DNA from: Chrysomallon squamiferum | Taxonomy: Eukaryota; Animalia; Mollusca | Length of the DNA: 64,000 nucleotides | Reading direction: 5' to 3' | Assembly: GCA_012295275.1 (NCBI GenBank) | Contig: CM022677.1 | Location: 2,356,001 to 2,420,000 of the forward strand | Part shown: piece by piece, positions 53,097 through 64,000 of the stretch | How the letters are laid out: each line of letters begins with the position of its first letter | Position numbering within the stretch: position 1 is the first letter of the stretch | Translations under genes and position numbers: made by a program | The notes under the pieces: generated by a model | Databases searched by the model: none | The model's input: the letters and a program-made list of their open reading frames with translations, nothing else | Told to the model about the DNA's origin: nothing

Positions 53097-55075
53097 TGTT
53101 ATTATTACTACTACTACTACTATTATTATTACTGTTATTACTATTATAATTATTATTGTTGTTATTACTACTACTTCTACTACTACTATTGCATAAAATT
53201 GTTATAAGTACTATTATTTGAAATCTTGAAAATGTATTTACTTATTTATTTATTTATTGTTTTGTTAAGCTGACTAACAAAGATTCTAATTAAACTTTAA
53301 AAGGAAAATAAATATTTTTTAAATAGAGGAAGAAAACTACTTTCTATTGGATCTAGAAAACTACACCAATTTAAAAAACAAAACAAAAATAAACATCAGC
53401 AAACAAACAAAAAAAGAAAAAGAAAACAAAAACAAACAAACAAGAAAATGTGAAAATAAAATGCTTTTAAAATACTTAGTTGACAAAGAATGCTCACCAA
53501 GTACATTGTTAGTGTCAGTGTTGTCAAATATACACCCATACACAAACAGTACACACACACATACACAAACAGTACACACACACATACACAAACAGCACAC
53601 ACAACACGTACACAACACACACAACACGTACACAACACACACAACACGTACACAACACACGCAACATGTACACAACACACACAACACGTACAGCACTAGA
53701 TCTCTATCGACAATTCCCCTTTCCTCTAACTAAATCATTCCCTGAAAACAACACAGTTTATATGTGTTGTGTATGTGTCTGATTAAGCATATGTTTGTAT
53801 GTCTCTCTGTGTTGTGTGTATATGTGTGTTGTGTATATCTGTGTGTGTTGTGTGTATTGTGTTTTTGTGTACGTGTATGTCTGTGTGCATCTATGTGTAG
53901 TGTATGGGTGTCTGTGTGTATTGTGTGTAAGTGTGTCTCTGTGTGTTCTGTGTGTGTATATGTGTGTATATGTGTGTGTATGGGTGTGTGTATATTTGAC
54001 AACACTCACACTGGCTATAAGGATACATGAATTGAGGAGGACTTTAGATCCAATGTGGTCTTTGTTTTTTCTCACGAGAACACAGCCAAGTGACATCAGC
54101 TGAGTGATCAACATCATCTGAGTCGTCATGCACACTGCGAGGATTCTGACACAACAAGGATGCTTCACTGACGCCATCACCCATGCCTCCTCCAACAGCT
54201 CCTTGATCTGGTTAGGAGTCCCATCCTGTAACTCTTTAATAGCTACTGGAATCTTGACATTTTCTCCTTCTGGTATCCAGTATCCCTGGTTAATAATAAT
54301 GACAACAACAACAACAACAACAACAAAAACAATAACAGTAATGATAATAATAATAACAAGAATAATGACAGTAACAATGATAATAATAAAAGTGAAAGTA
54401 ATACTAATAACAATAACAATAATAGTAGTAATAATAGTAATAGTACTAGTAACAGTAGTTGCAACAGTAATGATACCAAAGATATATAATTTTATTCTCA
54501 CCTTATATACCGTTCCAAATACTTCGTAGCCAACAATTCCTCCTTGTTTCAGTTCAGATTCTTTTACCAGTCTAAGCTGGGTGGGGTCAGGTTTAACTGT
54601 CAGGGGCTGAAATAAAAACATTTATTTATAGATGTGCATGTGTCTTTACCATCCTGCGCCATGCATTTGTATCAGATTAAGAACCACTGGCTAACAAACT
54701 TTTATAATTTTGTACATAAAAAAAATCATTTGAATGTGATATGATTTGACTGAAGGTCGTATGTTTACGTAAATATACAATATAAACATATTACATAAAA
54801 AAGTTACTCACACAGAAATGTGAATAAAATAAATATAATGTATATATATATATATCTGTCTATAAAACAGATAAGTGTGTGTTTAATATCAGATCAGTCT
54901 GATAAAAGAAACTCAACTCAGTTTCTTCATGACCAGACATCTTAGCTCTGATTGCCTCAGTCTTCCTCTTCACCTTTGCTCTCTTGTGTCAGTGATATCA
55001 AAATTCAGCCACAATACACCCGATCAGAAACAAACCCCTATAACTGAGATTATTAGTTTTCTTCTTTTCATCACT
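51511..55075 (-). pseudogene. EGFR: EGFR/ErbB pseudogene, copy 2: transmembrane/juxtamembrane exon plus the kinase-domain exons
   Basis: Exons ~55075-54915 (degenerate TM, basic juxtamembrane, AKMSGHEETE), 54608-54502 ([34 protein letters not shown]), 54288-54010 ([21 protein letters not shown]...[14 protein letters not shown]...[27 protein letters not shown]), 53741-53495 (GMI*LEERGIVDRDL..NVL), 53010-52917 (VKITDFGLAKL..YNEEEY*AGGGK), 52597-52530, 52177-52035 and 51603-51511 (LDAESRPSFQELAEEFAQMSRDP). Multiple in-frame stops. Confidence 0.9.
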
Positions 55076-56580
55076 GTGAAAATAAAACAAAACATTCAGA
55101 AAATCTGAAACTATGTAAAATAAAAATAATAAACATAACAATAACAATAATAATAAAAATAAAATAAAAAATAATTCCTCATGTAAAAGCTGATTTATCA
55201 AAGGCTGTTTATGAGAAGGTTCACATTAATTAACTATCTATGTTTTCAGTTAATATTTTAATTATGACTGCTATTGAGTTAAATCCTATGTTAACAAATA
55301 CCTAGTCAGATTTATAATTTTCTTAGTTAATAACTTAATGGAAATATAAATATCTCAGTTAATTAGTTTTCTTGTTACTCAAGTTAATTAACTCAGTTAA
55401 TAAGGTTAATCATGTTATTTAGTTAACTGACTAAGATAATAAATTAATTGTTTCAGTTGTAAAAGTTAATTAGCTCAGTTAATAAGCTGTCACACCTTTA
55501 AACATCTTGTATGTTTTATTAAGGCTCAGTCTGGGGTAACACGGTGCCTTAATGGCCACCTAACAAGGAATATAAACACTAAATTGACAGCAAACTATAT
55601 AAATCAATAAGTCTGTCTATCCACTAGACAAATAAACAGAACACAAGTTAAGGTACAAGTTAATTAGTAATAATACTTGATCTCTTTAATGTAATTTGGT
55701 CAACAGGTAAGATAGCAACAGGCTGGAAACTTGCTGAATGTTTTAGTCAACCTAAACCTTACAAAGACCATTCACTACTAATCAACTGCAGACCAGTTAC
55801 ACTAACATCACACATGTAAAACCCCTGACACACTGTAAACACAAAACTTAAACAACTACAATTTAATAAGTAACTAACAAAACAGCTTTAGAACAAAACA
55901 CTGCATGAAATTCCAACATTCAGTAAATGAATGAAAAGTGATTATGGTTTTCACTGATTTTGGAAAAATACTTTAATATGGTCACATTCGACAGCAAACT
56001 TCAGATGCCACATACAAAAGATAATCACATCTTGTAAAAAGTTTTACCAAGCATCACACTGCCTGACAGTTTCGTGTTAGAATAAAACATACAACACTTG
56101 AAATACAGACAAAAACTTACAGATACTAAAATACTGTGTTAAAATACTGTGTTAAAATCCATTCTCAGTAGCAAACATCTCATGAAGGATCTAGGCCCTG
56201 AACAACCCTTTAAAACTCACCTTTCAATACTATATAGTTTTAAAACTCACCTTTCACTACAATCTAGTTTTTAAACAACAGTCAGCCATATTGAGATGTA
56301 GACTGGAGTGGGTGAATGTTGCAACCAGCAAATAGTAAAGAAATAAAATAAACATTAGTTACCCCTTTCATCATCAAAACTCAAAATCATTTTAGTAACA
56401 AACTACATAACAACAACATTACCAGACTCAGAATCAGCTACTCCACCAACCTAAACACAATCAAATTCAAACACAAAATAAACAAATAAATAGCATACAC
56501 AATAACAAACAAAACAAAAAGCAAATACATCAACACAAAACAAATAAATAAATTATTTAATTAATAGATTAACTGACTCA

Positions 56581-57088
56581 CCAGCTGATAGATTGGCTTA
56601 TAGAAGATATTTTAAAAATTCCACATTGTCTTGACACAAGGAAGTAAACTGGTTCTGGCTGGAGTGGGCTGTTTGGAATGTTAAACTGAACAAGACAGCT
56701 TTTTCTTAAAAATGAAAACATAATTTAAAATAACAAACAAAAACATACTGCAGTATAAAATTAATTAATCTAAGAATTAATACAATATCCTTATAATTAT
56801 ATTTACTCCTTTAAATATGTTTCAGAACAGATTCCAGTAAATATTACTTAATCTGTTAAAAAAATTACACATTATTCAAATGAATTCTTACCCTGTGCAG
56901 TAGCAGTCTGTTGATTCTCCCTCCAAAGTGAAGACAGTATTTTCAAATTACTCCCTTTGAATCCTGCAACAGACTTGGACAAAATTAGTCATAATCTTGA
57001 GGAAAATGCTGCAGAAATTGAATTATCCTTTTCTCTCTCGGAGTTACCATTCAGTCTGTAGTGCTGCGAGTTTGTTCTGACTAATGCT
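56581..57088 (-). mobile_element. Two Sola-type/DUF7869-like transposase exons, copy 2 (56892-57088 and 56581-56690, both on the minus strand)
   Basis: Paralogous to 26969-27250 and to the reverse complement of 25590-25713. Confidence 0.55.
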
Positions 57089-58417
57089 GTAAAAAAGCAA
57101 TAAAAGATATAAGCAAACACCCATAACCCCTCAAACACACACACCTCCAAATGTCCTCTATACAAATGAAGGAGAAATTACACTTAATACAATGTTGCTT
57201 AAATAATACAATTTTATAAAAATCATTTTAATGAGTCTCGTTTATCCAGAACAAATATATTACAACTGATTTAACACTTAAATTTTTTTTATTTCCATAG
57301 TTAATTCTGTCTAATAAATAATATTATTCTAGAAGAACTTACTTTTTTCTTCTTCTTCTTATGAATATCTATTACCGACATTTTCAACTTGAGAACAAAA
57401 TGTCATACTGTCTTTCAAGCCGATCATTATGCTCGTTATGTCAGTAAGGACAAGGCTCGAAATTTAAAAAGAAACAAAACAGTATGGTTTAGTCGCCTAA
57501 AAAGTATTTTTTGGATCATCTCTTTTTTTCTCTAAGTTATAACATAAGAGCCACTACTGATAATTTTACAGCAAATATTTATTTCACATAAAAGGTTTGT
57601 TCATAGTTCGATCATTTAAAAGTATCGGCTTACCTTAATTAGTCAACATCTAAAACGAAATACGAAAATTCTTTATTAATTAAAATCGCCACAAACATTT
57701 AGTCCTAGTTATACAAATCAGCTGGTAATACATTTTCAAACAAACCTTGACAAAAATGGAATTATATAATAATAATAATAATTTATAGTATTATACGCTT
57801 GGATTTTTCAAAAGAAATAAAAATTAAAGGAAAGCAACGTGAAATGACAGTGAGTAAAGTTTAGCGTGTGAAAAGGAAAAACAATAGCAAATACAAGGTT
57901 ATAGAGTTATCTTCCATGATAACTTGTTCCGTTAACCAACCGATAATTATTAACGTAACGCTCTAAAAAGTTTGCTAAATTTGTTCGTTGGCTTTACTTT
58001 AGCCATTTAAAGGTGGAATTTGTTAAGAAAAATAATAGCAACAAATAATTTCAGAGTTATCTCCTATGATAATTTGTTCCGTTAATCAACCGATAATCCT
58101 TTAACGTACTGTTTATAAATAGGTGTTAGCAAATTATGTAAGCCGATACGTCCAACATATGGAACTATGGGAAATCGTTTTATGTGAAATAAATATTTCG
58201 ATAAAATGATTATAAAATTATTATCTTGTGTTATAACTTAAAATATCCTAAATATCTCACCGATATGATAATCAGTTGTATTAACCATAAGTGAGAATGT
58301 TGATCCAGATATCACTTCTCCCCTTCCATTTACTTGTGGTCCTTTTATTGAGACAGAGCGGGATGTGAATATGACAGCTGATGCAGGAGAGATGCTGTAT
58401 TATTAATTTTGTTCTTC

Positions 58418-58449
<32 letters not shown>

Positions 58450-58936
58450 ATTGTCTTTGCAAACAATAAATATTTTGAGCTGATATTATTCTATTGTAAA
58501 AATATAGTTTAAGCGCATTTTAGGTATTTTCTCAGAACAGAATGTTAGAAGTCGAGTTAAACAGTAGTAATTTTACATCTCTATAATTATTTCTGAACAG
58601 AAGGTGTGGCTGGGATTTGATCTCTAAGCCTGTAATTTCAATATTTGGATGACAGCACTCACTGTTAAAAAATATATTTGTTTGCGTTACTATTGCAGAA
58701 TAATTAATGAATGATTGTAATAAGTGAGGAAATGTATGAATTTAAAATATGAGGCAAAAGCCAGAATGTTACTGGGTCTTTTTTTTATTTTTATTTTTGT
58801 CCTCATGTTTCTGTTTCACTTATACATGTTTTTTCTCTTTGATCATCTTCCTCCTCCATTTGTGTTTTTTCTCCTTTTTTTTTATATTTTGTTTTTGCCA
58901 TCAGTTTATTTTTCCTTGGATTATTAGTATTAATAT

Positions 58937-58970
<34 letters not shown>

Positions 58971-61900
58971 GTTGTTGTTGTTGTTGTTGTTGTTTTTGTT
59001 ATGATTATTATTGTTTTTTTTTATTGTTATTGCCATTATTATCGCCATTATTATCATTTACTATTATTGTTATTTTTAAAAATAAATATAATTTTTTCCG
59101 TTTCTGATGTTGCTTTGTTTCTCATTATTAATGCAGTTTTCAGATAAATTTGAATGTATTGTTACGAATGCAATAAACATCTCTACAAAAAACGTTGAAC
59201 ACATTTCTGTAACAGTAATCTAAATATTCCAGTGAAGAAATGTGTGAATGTTGTTTATAATTTTCATTATAGTTTGTTATTCTTGAACTCGGTAGTCTCA
59301 GAAAAACATGCTGTGTTGGTTAAACAAGTGCACACTTCAGCATCAAACCTATCTCTGAAAATATATCCTTTTTCATAGAACATGATTATTGTAAACACTC
59401 GTGTGAAAACAACTGTGATTTCTTCAAGTGAGGATAATGTAAATTCTCTTAACACACTTGATCGCTGACTGTAAATCATAAAATAAAAGACCTGAATTAA
59501 TATAAGGAACATGTTTTTATTAGTCTGCGTATATTTCAATAAAAATATTCAGGCATTTTATTTACACATTCATATTCACAAAATAAATTTAGATAGTACA
59601 ATTTTACATTTTTACACACACAAACACACACACACACACACAAACACGCACACACACAGAGACACACATAATTACATGCAGAAAATTATAATACATATTT
59701 CATGTTGTGAAGAGTTTACAAAATAGAACCTTTAATAAAAAGGTTAGTATGTGGCAAGATAGTAGCAAATTAAACGTTTAAGACAAACATATTCAGATAT
59801 AATCAACTATATTTTGATATAATTAAATATATTTTGATATACTTAAGTATATTTTGATATGATTAAATATATTTTAAATTGTTTACTGAAAAATCATTAA
59901 CTGTTGTCTTTAATATTCAGTTATTTTATTATTAATAATAAGACTATACAGAAAAGCGTGAAGTTCTAGATGAATATTGATATTACTGAAAATTAACTGT
60001 GACTTTGTTTTATGACCGCAGTAACATGTCATTCCGCGACACAATTTACATCTCTCCCTACCTGAAATTACATGATTAATCTAAAATTCAAACTTATCAA
60101 ATTATGTAAATATGTATATATCATTAATTTTTTGTAAACTCTGAGAAAAGTAAGTTAATAATTTAGAATGAAATCCATATTTATTCAATAATATAACCTA
60201 TAATCTCTAATTAATATAATTTTAAAATACCATATAAATAATACAGACATGATAAAACTAGGGTTTTATTTTGTTATCGATTGGGTAACATTATCAATGT
60301 ACTTTAGTTAAATGTGGTTTTACAAAAGTTCACGATTTCTCATGTAATTATATTATAAATAAATCAATTTATTATTATTATTATCATTATTATCTACTTT
60401 TAAAAAAAAAAAAGTATTTAGTTTTTATCTCGACAGAAACAGTACACTAATAATAAATCTGATTTCTCTGATAACTTTACGAGGCCTAATAAAAAATTCG
60501 AAGTAATTTTTATATCCGCACTCAGAACAGTTCTAATGAAACTAGTTCTTTTAAAAAAAAAACAAAAAAATAAAAATAAATAAAAAAAGGTGTTATTACT
60601 GTTGTTGTTGTTGTTATTTAGCTGTTGACAAAGAGAGGACTTTGACAAATATGCTGTCAAACATATAGAGGAAGCTTCCGTTTTTACAGAAAAATAAAAA
60701 CAAAATAAAAAATAAAAATATTAAGGTGTTATTATTGTTGTTGTTGTTGTTGTTGTTATTTAGCTGTTGACAAAGGCAGGACCTGTGACAAATATGGTGT
60801 CTGCTTCACTGACTCATTGATACTTACTGGTGGAGTGGTTATTTTAATATCTAATAATAATAAGCTATAATAAGAAATGTAAAATATATTACACTATACA
60901 ACTTGCGCTGATGTACACCTTGTAATGAAAAAAATAAACTTCGCATAATAAAATGACATGTTCACCTTCTTTTTCTCATCTAATCAGTACAAACTGTCGT
61001 GATTCCAGGGAATTAACTCAGATATTTTTCAATATAACCTGATATAAATATACGATAATTAATAAAATATGAGATTAATATTTCTCAACATAATTAACCT
61101 TCAAACTGTAAATATCACTGCTCATAATTAATTTTCATCTTTTTTTTTTTTATAAGTAATTAAACCGCTTATTTTCATAACGCCATGTATAATTATTATT
61201 TATAACTGTTAGTAATGTCTACTAGATTAACTGTGGTTATCAATATTTTCTGTAGTGTACATAATATTTAAGTTCCACGTACAGTAAAATTACACCTTTC
61301 TATTATATGATTTCGAATTAGCAAAGTAAAATATCACGTTACTTTTACTAAAACGGACACTTCAAAGCGGTATTTGAATTTAGTTGCACAATGTTCTCGA
61401 TATATTTTGACGTCACATACAAAGCTACTGTTATTTAAAAAATTACAACACGGAAGTTCCATCTATATTTTTGAATGTTCACAGTGAAATCATACCTGTA
61501 ATTTTCAGTGTTTTCTAGTATAACTAACTGAATATCATCTCATTCACGAAGGATAGTTGAGAAATTTAGAAATAAAGAGGGTTTCCAAATTCCTAATTGC
61601 TCTGTTACTATCAAAATCAGCATTGGTTTTTAGTTGCACCTCAAATGATAATTAAATATTGATTTTCTTTTTGTAGACAGGTGTGTATTGAAAAGCTGAG
61701 GTTTCTCTGTTAAATATTAGCAAATAATTTATTATATATGAAGTGATATTCATCTTGATATTTCTAGTTGAGAAGTATAGTGAATATTCAGGAATAAAAT
61801 ATCGCAACCAGATAAAAATGTTATTTCATTAGCAACTGTGATATTAATGTGATATTTCTCAACGTAATTTATGTTGTGTTTACTATATCATGTCAGAATA

Positions 61901-64000
61901 ATTATTTACTCAGCAAAAGTAACGTAGTGTTTTTGTTAAGAAAATGTTATTATTTTTTTAAATACGTATCTAAAATAAAAATAAAAACTCTCAGTTGAAG
62001 TCTGTCAAATTTGCTTAATAAAAGTTAATATCATCAAATTTAAATGGACGTTTTATTTGATTAATCTGAAATTCATCAACATTTTGAGGTTTATTAAACT
62101 ACTTTTATTAGGATATATTTGTTTCACAGGCATTATTAAAATTAGAAATAATTTTATTACCATCGAATTTATATAGGTTTCGTCGGAAATTATATATATA
62201 TATATATTTTTATATATATTATTTATTAAAACATACTGATAATTAGACTTGTAGTGCAGATACTTAACTTTTTTTCTAAACTAAGAAAAAATGTAGCTAG
62301 TCTGGAAGGATATTCATAGGTATTCAAAATATCGGCGGACTTCTCTTACAATTTACACGGTTGGTGTCACCGCTACTCTCTAACTGTGAATGTTCTGTGT
62401 AACACAATGTAACGAAAATCCCGCGTAAACTACTTCATAAATAGTGCACACGTTTTTAAAATGTATTTTTATAACTCAGTGGTAAAATGAACAGTGTAAA
62501 TAGCCTTACCCTTAAGTAAAACTGACAGCTTATTTTCACTTGTTCATAATTATGTAATGTTTATATATTTTATTCGTGAAAATAGCGATATCCTTAATTA
62601 AAAATATCACCTTATTTTTACTTGTTTATAATTATGTGATGTTATATGATTGTAAACTGCGCTCGTTTTACAAAATAAACGTGATAACTGTATACATAAT
62701 GGAATATCATTTAAGTTTTCTTCTGTTTTTCATAAATAATAATAATAATAATAATAATAAATTAAAAATTAAAATAAGCTGAAAGTAAGCTCTGTATTTC
62801 CCAAATTACAGGTATTCTCTATAATGGATGTTTTTACTTGAAATTATCATTTTAATCTGTAGTGTAATATAATTTATGACATTAATGTTGCGCCTTCTCA
62901 CGTTATCTGATTTTGGCAAATGGTGAGGATATAGAGAAATGTTCTAGCTATCCATCAAATCATCTCTGATTCCTTTCCCTGCATCCAGCATGTCCGTCAG
63001 TTTACAGCTAAATGTAATTCATCCTGGTCTCTGTATCTGTGTGTGTCTCTGTGTTTGATGAACATTAATCTTACCTTTCAGCACCTTCTTTTCAGTGAAC
63101 CATTTCCCCATCCACCCAGTAACGAGACGTACACAAAGACGTTAAGAACAATGCTGGAACAACGCCAATGACGGCATCATTAATAGAATTAGTAATGATA
63201 TTTTTTAACGTGGGATGTGGACACTGATTGCAATAGTTAATAAACAGCAAAAAAAAAAAAAAAAAAAAAAGGTGAAGTACACCGAGAATTCTGAGAACAA
63301 CGCCGTTACGACGGTAGCGACGGCGACATTAATAGAAATATTAATGATGTATTTTAATAAAGGACGGGCACGGTCGGGAAATAAGAATAACAGCGAATAA
63401 AAAACTAAAAGGAATAATAAGCAGTACACCAACAACGTTATGAACAACGCCGGCACGACGGTAGCGACGGACACATAGTGATTCGCACGCTCAGAAAGTT
63501 TGAGGAATGATTAAAAAAAAGTGCTAAAGAATAATGAGGACTCTACGAAAGCTAGAAAGAAGGCGTTTACGACGGCAACGATGATGATATTAATAGAAAT
63601 GGTAATACTACATTTTAGAATAGGATTTGAACACGTATGAATAAGAATTAATACAAAGAAAAATAATAGTGAGAAGTACACCGAGAACGGTGAGAACAAC
63701 GCCGTTACGACGGTAGCGACGGCGACATTAATAGAAATATTAACAATATATTTTAGTACTGGAGGACACTGATTGCAATACTTAATAAAAGGCAAAATAA
63801 TATTTTTTATTTTTTCAGACGTATATCAAAGATTGGTAAATTCCTGGACAGTAATAAGCAACTTATTGTAGTGTGAGTTGTAAGCTTTGTGCATTAATAT
63901 AAATAATAAGAAGAAAGAAAAAGTAGGGAGAAAAAGTAGGGAGAAAAAAATAACAACACCGTTTATTTGAAGTTTACGGTCAACGATTGGCTAATAATAA

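Larger units (their letters stand above)
48121..64000 (+). repeat. Segmental duplication copy 2 (runs off the window end)
   Basis: Starts at the shared ctgtgacttgtaata junction; same anchors as copy 1. Confidence 0.93.

Noticed and set aside
53758-54621. 287-aa ORF as an intact kinase with a transmembrane insert
   Set aside because: The hydrophobic stretch is a read-through (ATT/GTT)n intron between two EGFR exons with GT/AG borders.
1185-64000. Dozens of short ORFs rich in poly-I, -Y, -N, -F, CV or HT
   Set aside because: They are translations of (AAT)n, (CA)n, (GA)n and T-rich microsatellites, not genes.

Overview
AT-rich, microsatellite-dense metazoan genomic DNA, most likely a mollusc (inferred from the 5S rRNA sequence type and the gene fragments). 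No intact protein-coding gene is visible; the window is a mosaic of duplicated, decayed genes and transposons. It holds a prolyl 4-hydroxylase alpha retrocopy, a multi-exon MCC pseudogene, a hAT-type transposase relic, two copies of an EGFR/ErbB kinase pseudogene, and Sola/DUF7869-like transposase exons. A ~13.6 kb direct segmental duplication (20713-34290 vs 48121-64000) carries an internal inversion, and an older inverted paralogy links ~9.5-16.7 kb to ~36.1-32.0 kb. The clearest and most interesting feature is a full-length (~5.57 kb) Tx1/L1-group non-LTR retrotransposon inserted into a 5S rRNA gene. It splits the gene after nt 39 with an 18-bp target-site duplication, as expected of a 5S-targeting, Mutsu-like element. 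Protein identities come from motif recognition by eye, not database searches.
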